From Auanema rhodensis (lineage: Eukaryota > Animalia > Nematoda), in NCBI GenBank assembly GCA_964057225.1, contig OZ059897.1, forward strand, positions 1,240,001-1,304,000: a DNA stretch of 64,000 nucleotides, given 5' to 3'. Numbering within the stretch: the first letter of the stretch is position 1; every line of letters starts with the position of its first letter. Below the pieces are notes generated by a model. That model saw only the letters and a list, made by a program, of their open reading frames with translations. It ran no database searches and was not told the origin of the DNA. Positions 25,301 to 38,974 of the stretch are shown in pieces. The position numbers and the translations under genes were made by a program.

Positions 25301-28300
25301 ATTAGTGTATGTTGAGTTTCCATGTACACTCAACATTGCTTCCAAAAACATTTTGACAAAAATTTTCCCGAAAAATTTCAAGATAATTTTACAAAAACTA
25401 GATGTTTTTAGATTCCTTTTTTTAAGGCGAAGACGATGGACAATGTTATTCAACGAAAAAATTAATTCTTCAGGGTGAAAATCGAGGATATAAGTGTGAA
25501 CTTATATCAGTTGATATCTCGGTGAATTTTTAAGCTAGCGCAAATCTGATAACACAGATCGACGCCGCTCAAAAATACGCATCGAATGCACTATACTACA
25601 TTGAGAAAAGCTTAATACGAAAATTATTTATGATTGTTTGAAAAATGATGCATTAGTGTATGTTGAGTTTCCATGTACACTCAACATTGCTTCCAAAAAC
25701 ATTTTGACAAAAATTTTCCCGAAAAATTTCAAGATAATTTTACAAAAAGTAGATGTTTTTAGATTTCTTTTTTTGAGGCAAAGACGATGGACAATGTTAT
25801 TCAACGAAAAAATTAATTCTTCAGGGTGAAAATCGAGGATATAAGTGTGAACTTATATCAGTTGATATCTCGGTGCATTTTTAAGCTAGCGCAAATCTGA
25901 TAACACAGATCGACGCAGCTTAAAAATCCGCATCGAATGCACTATACTACATTGAGAAACGTTCAATACAAAAATTATTTATGATTGTTCGAAAAATGAT
26001 GCATTAGTGTATGTTGAGTTTCCATGTACACTCAACATTGCTTCCAAAAACATTTTGACAAAAATTTTCCAGAAAAATTTCAAGATAATTTTACGAAAAC
26101 TAGATGTTTTTAGATTCCTTTTTTTAAGGCGAAGACGATGGACAATGTTATTCAACAAAAAAATTAATTCTTCAGGGTGAAAATCGAGGATATAAGTGTG
26201 AACTTATATCAGTTGATATCTCGGTGCATTTTTAAGCTAGCGCAAATCTAATAACAAAGATCGACGCAGCTTAAAAATCCGTTTCGAATGCACTATACTA
26301 CATTGAGAAACGCTCAATACAAAAATTATTTATGATTGTTTGAAAAAAGATGCATTAGTGTATGTTGAGTTTCCATGTACACTCAACATTGCTTCCAAAA
26401 ACATTTTGACAAAAATTTTCCCGAAAAATTTCAAGATAATTTTACAAAAACTAGATGTTTTTAGATTCCTTTTTTTAAGGCGAAGACGATGGACAATGTT
26501 ATTCAACGAAAAAATTAATTCTTCAGGGTGAAAATCGAGGATATAAGTGTGAACTTATATCAGTTGATATCTCGGTGAATTTTTAAGCTAACTCAAATCT
26601 GATAACACAGATCGACGCAGCTTAAAAATCCGTTTCGAATGCATTATACTACATTGAGAAACGCTCAATACAAAAATTATTTATGATTGTTTGAAAAAAG
26701 ATGCATTAGTGTATGTTGAGTTTCCATGTACACTCAACATTGCTTCCAAAAACATTTTGACAAAAATTTTCCCGAAAAATTTCAAGATAATTTTACAAAA
26801 AGTAGATGTTTTTAGATTCCTTTTTTTAAGGCAAAGACGATGGTAAATGTTATTCAACGAAAAAATTAATTCTTCAGGGTGAAAATCGAGGATATAAGTG
26901 TGAACTTATATCAGTTGATATCTCGGTGCATTTTTAAGCTAGCGCAAATCTGATAACACAGATCGACGCAGCTTAAAAATCCGCATCGAATGCACTATAC
27001 TACATTGAGAAACGTTCAATACAAAAATTATTTATGATTGTTCGAAAAATGATGCATTAGTGTATGTTGAGTTTCCATGTACACTCAACATTGCTTCCAA
27101 AAACATTTTGACAAAAATTTTCCCGAAAAATTTCAAGATAATTTTACGAAAAGTAGATGTTTTTAGATTTCTTTTTTTAAGGCGAAGACGATGGACAATG
27201 TTATTCAACGAAAAAATTAATTCTTCAGGGTGAAAATCGAGGATATAAGTGTGAACTTATATCAGTTGATATCTCGGTGAATTTTTAAGCTAGCGCAAAT
27301 CTGACAACACAGATCGACGCAGTTTAAAAATCCGCATCGAATACACTATACTACATTGAGAAACGTTCAATACAAAAATTATTTATGATTGTTCGAAAAA
27401 TGATGCATTAGTGTATGTTGAGTTTCCATGTACACTCAACATTGCTTCCAAAAACATTTTGACAAAAATTTTCCCGAAAAATTTCAAGATAATTTAACAA
27501 AGAGTAGATGTTTTTAGATTTCTTTTTTTAAGGCGAAGACGATGGACAATGTTATTCAACGAAAAAATTAATTCTTCAGGGTGAAAATCGAGGATATAAG
27601 TGTGAACTTATATCAGTTGATATCTCGGTGAATTTTTAAGCTAGCGCAAATCTGACAACACAGATCGACGCAGTTTAAAAATCCGCATCGAATACACTAT
27701 ACTACATTGAGAAACGTTCAATACAAAAATTATTTATGATTGTTCGAAAAATGATGCATTAGTGTATGTTGAGTTTCCATGTACACTCAACATTGCTTCC
27801 AAAAACATTTTGACAAAAATTTTCCCGAAAAATTTCAAGATAATTTAACAAAGAGTAGATGTTTTTAGATTCTTTTTTTTAAGGCGAAGACGATGGACAA
27901 TGTTATTCAACGAAAAAATTAATTCTTCAGGGTGAAAATCGAGGATATAAGTGTGAACTTATATCAGTTGATATCTCGGTGAATTTTTAAGCTAGCGCAA
28001 ATCTGACAACACAGATCGACGCAGTTTAAAAATCCGCATCGAATACACTATACTACATTGAGAAACGTTCAATACAAAAATTATTTATGATTGTTCGAAA
28101 AATGATGCATTAGTGTATGTTGAGTTTCCATGTACACTCAACATTGCTTCCAAAAACATTTTGACAAAAATTTTCCCGAAAAATTTCAAGATAATTTTAC
28201 AAAAACTAGATGTTTTTAGATTCCTTTTTTTAAGGCGAAGACGATGGACAATGTTATTCAACAAAAAAATTAATTCTTCAGGGTGAAAATCGAGGATATA

Positions 28301-30549
28301 AGTGTGAACTTATATCAATTGATATCTCGGTGCATTTTTAAGCTAGCGCAAATCTGATAACACAGATCGACGCCGCTCAAAAATACGCATCGAATGCACT
28401 ATACTACATTGAGAAACGCTCAATACAAAAATTATTTATAATTGTTTGAAAAAAGATGCATTAGTGTATGTTGAGTTTCCATGTACACTCAACATTGCTT
28501 CCAAAAACATTTTGACAAAAATTTTCCCGAAAAATTTCAAGATAATTTTACAAAAACTAGATGTTTTTAGATTCCTTTTTTTAAGGCGAAGACGATGGAC
28601 AATGTTATTCAACAAAAAAATTAATTCTTCAGGGTGAAAATCGAGGATATAAGTGTGAACTTATATCAGTTGATATCTCGGTGCATTTTTAAGCTAGCGC
28701 AAATCTAATAACAAAGATCGACGCAGCTTAAAAATCCGTTTCGAATGCACTATACTACATTGAGAAACGCTCAATACAAAAATTATTTATGATTGTTTGA
28801 AAAAAGATGCATTAGTGTATGTTGAGTTTCCATGTACACTCAACATTGCTTCCAAAAACATTTTGACAAAAATTTTCCCGAAAAATTTCAAGATAATTTT
28901 ACAAAAACTAGATGTTTTTAGATTCCTTTTTTTAAGGCGAAGACGATGGACAATGTTATTCAACGAAAAAATTAATTCTTCAGGGTGAAAATCGAGGATA
29001 TAAGTGTGAACTTATATCAGTTGATATCTCGGTGAATTTTTAAGCTAACTCAAATCTGATAACACAGATCGACGCAGCTTAAAAATCCGTTTCGAATGCA
29101 TTATACTACATTGAGAAACGCTCAATACAAAAATTATTCATGATTGTTTGAAAAAAGATGCATTAGTGTATGTTGAGTTTCCATGTACACTCAACATTGC
29201 TTCCAAAAACATTTTGACAAAAATTTTCCCGAAAAATTTCAAGATAATTTTACAAAAAGTAGATGTTTTTAGATTCCTTTTTTTAAGGCAAAGACGATGG
29301 TAAATGTTATTCAACGAAAAAATTAATTCTTCAGGGTGAAAATCGAGGATATAAGTGTGAACTTATATCAGTTGATATCTCGCTGCATTTTTAAGCTAGC
29401 GCAAATCTGATAACACAGATCGACGCAGCTTAAAAATCCGCATCGAATGCACTATACTACATTGAGAAACGTTCAATACAAAAATTATTTATGATTGTTC
29501 GAAAAATGATGCATTAGTGTATGTTGAGTTTCCATGTACACTCAACATTGCTTCCAAAAACATTTTGACAAAAATTTTCCCGAAAAATTTCAAGATAATT
29601 TTACGAAAAGTAGATGTTTTTAGATTTCTTTTTTTAAGGCGAAGACGATGGACAATGTTATTCAACGAAAAAATTAATTCTTCAGGGTGAAAATCGAGGA
29701 TATAAGTGTGAACTTATATCAGTTGATATCTCGGTGAATTTTTAAGCTAGCGCAAATCTGACAACACAGATCGACGCAGTTTAAAAATCCGCATCGAATA
29801 CACTATACTACATTGAGAAACGTTCAATACAAAAATTATTTATGATTGTTCGAAAAATGATGCATTAGTGTATGTTGAGTTTCCATGTACACTCAACATT
29901 GCTTCCAAAAACATTTTGACAAAAATTTTCCCGAAAAATTTCAAGATAATTTAACAAAGAGTAGATGTTTTTAGATTCTTTTTTTTAAGGCGAAGACGAT
30001 GGACAATGTTATTCAACGAAAAAATTAATTCTTCAGGGTGAAAATCGAGGATATAAGTGTGAACTTATATCAGTTGATATCTCGGTGAGTTTTTAAGCTA
30101 GCGCAAATCTGACAACACAGATCGACGCAGCTTAAAAATCCGCATCGAATGCATTATACTACATTGAGAAAAGCTTAATACGAAAATTATTTATGATTGT
30201 TTGAAAAATGATGCATTAGTGTATGTTGAGTTTCCATGTACACTCAACATTGCTTCCAAAAACATTTTGACAAAAATTTTCCCGAAAAATTTCAAGATAA
30301 TTTCACGAAAAGTAGATGTTTTTAGATTCCTTTTTTTAAGGCAAAGACGATGGTAAATGTTATTCAACGAAAAAATTAATTCTTCAGGGTGAAAATCGAG
30401 GATATAAGTGTGAACTTATATCAGTTGATATCTCGGTGAGTTTTTAAGCTAGCGCAAATCTGACAACACAGATCGACGCAGCTTAAAAATCCGCATCGAA
30501 TGCATTATACTACATTGAGAAAAGCTTAATACGAAAATTATTTATGATT

Positions 30550-33250
30550 GTTTGAAAAATGATGCATTAGTGTATGTTGAGTTTCCATGTACACTCAACA
30601 TTGCTTCCAAAAACATTTTGACAAAAATTTTCCCGAAAAATTTCAAGATAATTTTACGAAAAGTAGATGTTTTTAGATTTCTTTTTTTAAGGCGAAGACG
30701 ATGGACAATGTTATTCAACGAAAAAAGTAATTCTTCAGGGTGAAAATCGAGGATATAAGTGTGAACTTATATCAGTTGATATCTCGGTGAATTTTTAAGC
30801 TAGCGCAAATCTGATAACACAGATCGACGCAGCTTAAAAATCCGCATCGAATGCACTATACTACATTGAGAAACGTTCAATACAAAAATTATTTATGATT
30901 GTTCGAAAAATGATGCATTAGTGTATGTTGAGTTTCCATGTACACTCAACATTGCTTCCAAAAACATTTTGACAAAAATTTTCCCGAAAAATTTCAAGAT
31001 AATTTTACGAAAAGTAGATGTTTTTAGATTTCTTTTTTTAAGGCGAAGCCGATGGACAATGTTATTCAACGAAAAAAGTAATTCTTCAGGGTGAAAATCG
31101 AGGATATAAGTGTGAACTTATATCAGTTGATATCTCGGTGAATTTTTAAGCTAGCGCAAATCTGATAACACAGATCGACGCAGCTTAAAAATCCGCATCG
31201 AATGCACTATACTACATTGAGAAACGTTCAATACAAAAATTATTTATGATTGTTCGAAAAATGATGCATTAGTGTATGTTGAGTTTCCATGTACACTCAA
31301 CATTGCTTCCAAAAACATTTTGACAAAAATTTTCCCGAAAAATTTCAAGATAATTTAACGAAGAGTAGATGTTTTTAGATTTCTTTTTTTAAGGCGAAGA
31401 CGATGGACAATGTTATTCAACGAAAAAATTAATTCTTCAGGGTGAAAATCGAGGATTTAAGTGTGAACTTATATCAGTTGATATCTCGGTGAATTTTTAA
31501 GCTAGCGCAAATCTGATAACACAGATCGACGCAGCTTAAAAATCCGCATCGAATGCATTATACTACATTGAAAAACGCTCAATACAAAAATAATTTATGA
31601 TTGTTTGAAAAATGATGCATTAGTGTATGTTGAGTTTCCATGTACGCTCAACATTGCTTCCAAAAACATTTTGACAAAAATTTTCCCGAAAAATTTCAAG
31701 ATAATTTTACAAAAAGTAGAAGTTTTTAGATTTCTTTTTTTAAGGCAAAGACGATGGACAATGTTATTCAACGAAAAAATTAATTCTTCAGGGTGAAAAT
31801 CGAGGATATAAGTGTGAACTTATATCAGTTGATATCTCGGTGCATTTTTAAGCTAGCGCAAATCTGATAACACAGATCGTCGCAGCTTAAAAATCCGCTT
31901 CGAATGCACTATACTACATTGAGAAACGCTCAATACAAAAATTATTTATGATTGTTTGAAAAATGATGCATTAGTGTATGTTGAGTTTCCATGTACACTC
32001 AACATTGCTTCCAAAAACATTTTGACAAAAATTTTCCCGAAAAATTTCAAGATAATTTTACGAAAAGTAGATGTTTTTAGATTTCTTTTTTTAAGGCGAA
32101 GACGATGGACAATGTTATTCAACGAAAAAAGTAATTCTTCAGGGTGAAAATCGAGGATATAAGTGTGAACTTATATCAGTTGATATCTCGGTGAATTTTT
32201 AAGCTAGCGCAAATCTGATAACACAGATCGACGCAGCTTAAAAATCCGCATCGAATGCACTATACTACATTGAGAAACGTTCAATACAAAAATTATTTAT
32301 GATTGTTCGAAAAATGATGCATTAGTGTATGTTGAGTTTCCATGTACACTCAACATTGCTTCCAAAAACATTTTGACAAAAATTTTCCCGAAAAATTTCA
32401 AGATAATTTTACGAAAAGTAGATGTTTTTAGATTTCTTTTTTTAAGGCGAAGCCGATGGACAATGTTATTCAACGAAAAAAGTAATTCTTCAGGGTGAAA
32501 ATCGAGGATATAAGTGTGAACTTATATCAGTTGATATCTCGGTGAATTTTTAAGCTAGCGCAAATCTGATAACACAGATCGACGCAGCTTAAAAATCCGC
32601 ATCGAATGCACTATACTACATTGAGAAACGTTCAATACAAAAATTATTTATGATTGTTCGAAAAATGATGCATTAGTGTATGTTGAGTTTCCATGTACAC
32701 TCAACATTGCTTCCAAAAACATTTTGACAAAAATTTTCCCGAAAAATTTCAAGATAATTTAACGAAGAGTAGATGTTTTTAGATTTCTTTTTTTAAGGCG
32801 AAGACGATGGACAATGTTATTCAACGAAAAAATTAATTCTTCAGGGTGAAAATCGAGGATTTAAGTGTGAACTTATATCAGTTGATATCTCGGTGAATTT
32901 TTAAGCTAGCGCAAATCTGATAACACAGATCGACGCAGCTTAAAAATCCGCATCGAATGCATTATACTACATTGAAAAACGCTCAATACAAAAATAATTT
33001 ATGATTGTTTGAAAAATGATGCATTAGTGTATGTTGAGTTTCCATGTACGCTCAACATTGCTTCCAAAAACATTTTGACAAAAATTTTCCCGAAAAATTT
33101 CAAGATAATTTTACAAAAAGTAGAAGTTTTTAGATTTCTTTTTTTAAGGCAAAGACGATGGACAATGTTATTCAACGAAAAAATTAATTCTTCAGGGTGA
33201 AAATCGAGGATATAAGTGTGAACTTATATCAGTTGATATCTCGGTGCATT
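30550..33250 (+). repeat. Sat351 4-mer higher-order repeat (1404 bp), with a further partial copy to ~34950
   Basis: The private variants TGTACGCTC and GTAGAAGTT occur in the monomers at 31605, 33009 and 34412. GAAGCCGATGG occurs at ~31025-31055 and ~32430-32460. Confidence 0.85.
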
Positions 33251-36200
33251 TTTAAGCTAGCGCAAATCTGATAACACAGATCGACGCAGCTTAAAAATCC
33301 GCATCGAATGCATTATACTACATTGAAAAACGCTCAATACAAAAATAATTTATGATTGTTTGAAAAATGATGCATTAGTGTATGTTGAGTTTCCATGTAC
33401 ACTCAACATTGCTTCCAAAAACATTTTGACAAAAATTTTCCCGAAAAATTTCAAGATAATTTCACGAAAAGTAGATGTTTTTAGATTCCTTTTTTTAAGG
33501 CAAAGACGATGGTAAATGTTATTCAACGAAAAAATTAATTCTTCAGGGTGAAAATCGAGGATATAAGTGTGAACTTATATCAGTTGATATCTCGGTGCAT
33601 TTTTAAGCTAGCGCAAATCTGATAACACAGATCGACGCAGCTTAAAAATCCGTTTCGAATGCACTATACTACATTGAGAAACGCTCAATACAAAAGTATT
33701 TATGATTGTTTGAAAAAAGATGCATTAGTGTATGTTGAGTTTCCATGTACACTCAACATTGCTTCCAAAAACATTTTGACAAAAATTTTCCCGAAAAATT
33801 TCAAGATAATTTTACGAAAAGTAGATGTTTTTAGATTTCTTTTTTTAAGGCGAAGACGATGGACAATGTTATTCAACGAAAAAAGTAATTCTTCAGGGTG
33901 AAAATCGAGGATATAAGTGTGAACTTATATCAGTTGATATCTCGGTGAATTTTTAAGCTAGCGCAAATCTGATAACACAGATCGACGCAGCTTAAAAATC
34001 CGCATCGAATGCACTATACTACATTGAGAAACGTTCAATACAAAAATTATTTATGATTGTTCGAAAAATGATGCATTAGTGTATGTTGAGTTTCCATGTA
34101 CACTCAACATTGCTTCCAAAAACATTTTGACAAAAATTTTCCCGAAAAATTTCAAGATAATTTAACGAAGAGTAGATGTTTTTAGATTTCTTTTTTTAAG
34201 GCGAAGACGATGGACAATGTTATTCAACGAAAAAATTAATTCTTCAGGGTGAAAATCGAGGATTTAAGTGTGAACTTATATCAGTTGATATCTCGGTGAA
34301 TTTTTAAGCTAGCGCAAATCTGATAACACAGATCGACGCAGCTTAAAAATCCGCATCGAATGCATTATACTACATTGAAAAACGCTCAATACAAAAATAA
34401 TTTATGATTGTTTGAAAAATGATGCATTAGTGTATGTTGAGTTTCCATGTACGCTCAACATTGCTTCCAAAAACATTTTGACAAAAATTTTCCCGAAAAA
34501 TTTCAAGATAATTTTACAAAAAGTAGAAGTTTTTAGATTTCTTTTTTTAAGGCAAAGACGATGGACAATGTTATTCAACGAAAAAATTAATTCTTCAGGG
34601 TGAAAATCGAGGATATAAGTGTGAACTTATATCAGTTGATATCTCGGTGAATTTTTAAGCTAGCGCAAATCTGATAACACAGATCGACGCAGCTTAAAAA
34701 TCCGCATCGAATGCATTATACTACATTGAAAAACGCTCAATACAAAAATAATTTATGATTGTTTGAAAAAAGATGCATTAGTGTATGTTGAGTTTCCATG
34801 TACACTCAACATTGCTTCCAAAAACATTTTGACAAAAATTTTCCCGAAAAATTTCAAGATAATTTTACGAAAAGTAGATGTTTTTAGATTTCTTTTTTTA
34901 AGGCGAAGACGATGGACAATGTTATTCAACGAAAAAAGTAATTCTTCAGGGTGAAAATCGAGGATATAAGTGTGAACTTATATCAGTTGATATCTCGGTG
35001 CATTTTTAAGCTAGCGCAAATCTGATAACACAGATCGACGCAGCTTAAAAATCCGCATCGAATGCACTATACTACATTGAGAAACGTTCAATACAAAAAT
35101 TATTTATGATTGTTCGAAAAATGATGCATTAGTGTATGTTGAGTTTCCATGTACACTCAACATTGCTTCCAAAAACATTTTGACAAAAATTTTCCCGAAA
35201 AATTTCAAGATAATTTAACAAAGAGTAGATGTTTTTTATTTTTTTTTTTAAGGCGAAGACGATGGACAATGTTATTCAACGAAAAAATTAATTCTTCAGG
35301 GTGAAAATCAAGGATTTATGTGTGAACTTATATCAGTTGATATCTCGGTGAATTTTTAAGCTAGCGCAAATCTGATAACACAGATCGACGCAGCTTAAAA
35401 ATCCGCATCGAATGCATTATACTACATTGAAAAACGCTCAATACAAAAATTATTTATGATTGTTTGAAAAATGATGCATTAGTGTATGTTGAGTTTCCAT
35501 GTACACTCAACATTGCTTCCAAAAACATTTTGACAAAAATTTTCCCGAAAAATTTCAAGATAATTTAACAAAGAGTAGATGTTTTTAGATTCTTTTTTTT
35601 TAAGGCGAAGACGATGGACAATGTTATTCAACGAAAAAATTAATTCTTCAGGGTGAAAATCGAGGATATAAGTGTGAACTTATATCAGTTGATATCTCGG
35701 TGAGTTTTTAAGCTAGCGCAAATCTGACAACACAGATCGCCGCAGCTTAAAAATCCGCATCGAATGCATTATACTACATTGAGAAAAGCTCAATACAAAA
35801 ATTATTTATGATTGTTTGAAAAAAGATGCATTAGTGTATGTTGAGTTTCCATGTACACTCAACATTGCTTCCAAAAACATTTTGACAAAAATTTTCCCGA
35901 AAAATTTCAAGATAATTTAACAAAGAGTAGATGTTTTTAGATTCTTTTTTTTAAGGCAAAGACGATGGACAATGTTATTCAACGAAAAAATTAATTCTTC
36001 AGGGTGAAAATCGAGGATATAAGTGTGAACTTATATCAGTTGATATCTCGGTGCATTTTTAAGCTAACGCAAATCTGATAACACAGATCGTCGCAGCTTA
36101 AAAATCCGCTTCGAATGCACTATACTACATTGAGAAACGCTCAATACAAAAATTATTTATGATTGTTTGAAAAATGATGCATTAGTGTATGTTGAGTTTC

Positions 36201-38974
36201 CATGTACACTCAACATTGCTTCCAAAAACATTTTGACAAAAATTTTCCTGAAAAATTTCAAGATAATTTTACAGAAAGTAAATGTTTTTAGATTCCTTTT
36301 TTTAAGGCGAAGACGATGGACAATGTTATTCAACGAAAAAATTAATTCTTCAGGGTGAAAATCGAGGATATAAGTGTGAACTTATATCAGTTAATATCTC
36401 GGTGCATTTTTAAGCTAACTCAAATCTAATAACACAGATCGACGCAGCTTAAAAATCCGCATCGAATGCACTATATAACATTGAGAAACGCTCAATACAA
36501 AAATTATTTATGATTGTTTGAAAAATGATGCATTAGTGTATGTTGAGTTTCCATGTACACTCAACATTGCTTCCAAAAACATTTTGACAAAAATTTTCCT
36601 GAAAAATTTCAAGATAATTTTACAGAAAGCAAATGTTTTTAGATTCCTTTTTTTAAGGCGAAAACGATGGACAATGTTATTCAACGAAAAAATTAATTCT
36701 TCAGGGTGAAAATCGAGGATATAAGTGTGAACTTATATCAGTTGATATCTCGGTGCATATTTAAGCTAGCGCAAATCTAATAACACAGATCGACGCAGCT
36801 TAAAAATCCGCATCGAATGCCCTATATAACATTGAGAAACGCTCAATACAAAAATTATTTATGATTGTTTGAAAAATGATGCATTAGTGTATGTTGCGTT
36901 TCCATGTACACTCAACATTGCTTCCAAAAACATTTTGACAAAAATTTTCCCGAAAAATTTCAAGATAATTTTACAAAAAGTAGATGTTTTTAGATTTCTT
37001 TTTTTAAGGCAAAGACGATGGACAATGTTATTCAACGAAAAAATTAATTCTTCAGGGTGAAAATCGAGGATATAAGTGTGAACTTCTATCAGTTAATATC
37101 TCGGTGCATTTTTAAGCTAACTCAAATCTAATAACACAGATCGACGCAGCTTAAAAATCCGCATCGAATGCACTATATAACATTGAGAAACGCTCAATAC
37201 AAAAATTATTTATGATTGTTTGAAAAATGATGCATTAGTGTATGTTGAGTTTCCATGTACACTCAACATTGCTTCCAAAAACATTTTGACAAAAATTTTC
37301 CCGAAAAATTTCAAGATAATTTTACAAAAAGTAGATGTTTTTAGATTTCTTTTTTTAAGGCAAAGACGATGGACAATGTTATTCAACGAAAAAATTAATT
37401 CTTCAGGGTGAAAATCGAGGATATAAGTGTGAACTTCTATCAGTTAATATCTCGGTGCATTTTTAAGCTAACTCAAATCTAATAACACAGATCGACGCAG
37501 CTTAAAAATCCGCATCGAATGCACTATATAACATTGAGAAACGCTCAATACAAAATTTATTTATGATTGTTTGAAAAATGATGCATTAGTGTATGTTGAG
37601 TTTCCATGTACACTCAACATTGCTTCCAAAAACATTTTGACAAAAATTTTCCTGAAAAATTTCAAGATAATTTTACAGAAAGTAAATGTTTTTAGATTCC
37701 TTTTTTTAAGGCGAAAACGATGGACAATGTTATTCAACGAAAAAATTAATTCTTCAGGGTGAAAATCGAGGATATAAGTGTGAACTTATATCAGTTGATA
37801 TCTCTTTGCATTTTTAAGCTAACGCAAATCTGATAACACAGATCGTCGCAGCTTAAAAATCCGCTTCGAATGCACTATACTACATTGAGAAACGCTCAAT
37901 ACAAAAATTATTTATGATTGTTTGAAAAATGATGCATTAGTGTATGTTGCGTTTCCATGTACACTCAACATTGCTTCCAAAAACATTTTGACAAAAATTT
38001 TCCCGAAAAATTTCAAGATAATTTTACAAAAAGTAGATGTTTTTAGATTTCTTTTTTTAAGGCAAAGACGATGGACAATGTTATTCAACGAAAAAATTAA
38101 TTCTTCAGGGTGAAAATCGAGGATATAAGTGTGAACTTATATCAGTTGATATCTCGGTGCATTTTTAAGCTAGCGCAAATCTAATAACACAGATCGACGC
38201 AGCTTAAAAATCCGCTTTGAATGCACTATACTACATTGAGAAACGCTCAATACAAAAATTATTTATGATTGTTTGAAAAATGATGCATTAGTGTATGTTG
38301 CGTTTCCATGTACACTCAACATTGCTTCCAAAAACATTTTGACAAAAATTTTCCCGAAAAATTTCAAGATAATTTTACAAAAAGTAGATGTTTTTAGATT
38401 TCTTTTTTTAAGGCAAAGACGATGGACAATGTTATTCAACGAAAAAATTAATTCTTCAGGGTGAAAATCGAGGATATAAGTGTGAACTTATATCAGTTAA
38501 TATCTCGGTGCATTTTTAAGCTAACTCAAATCTAATAACACAGATCGACGCAGCTTAAAAATCCGCATCGAATGCACTATATAACATTGAGAAACGCTCA
38601 ATACAAAAATTATTTATGATTGTTTGAAAAATGATGCATTAGTGTATGTTGAGTTTCCATGTACACTCAACATTGCTTCCAAAAACATTTTGACAAAAAT
38701 TTTCCTGAAAAATTTCAAGATAATTTTACAGAAAGTAAATGTTTTTAGATTCCTTTTTTCAAGGCGAAAACGATGGACAATGTTATTCAACGAAAAAATT
38801 AATTCTTCAGGGTGAAAATCGAGGATATAAGTGTGAACTTATATCAGTTAATATCTCGGTGCATTTTTAAGCCAACTCAAATCTAATAACACAGATCGAC
38901 GCAGCTTAAAAATCCGCATCGAATGCACTATATAACATTGAGAAACGCTCAATACAAAATTTATTTATGATTGT

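Noticed and set aside
33659-33901. 80-aa ATG-initiated ORF
   Set aside because: It arises from a 1-bp deletion (ACAAAAGTATT) that fuses an upstream ATG in frame. The same deletion at ~16141 is followed by a stop codon.
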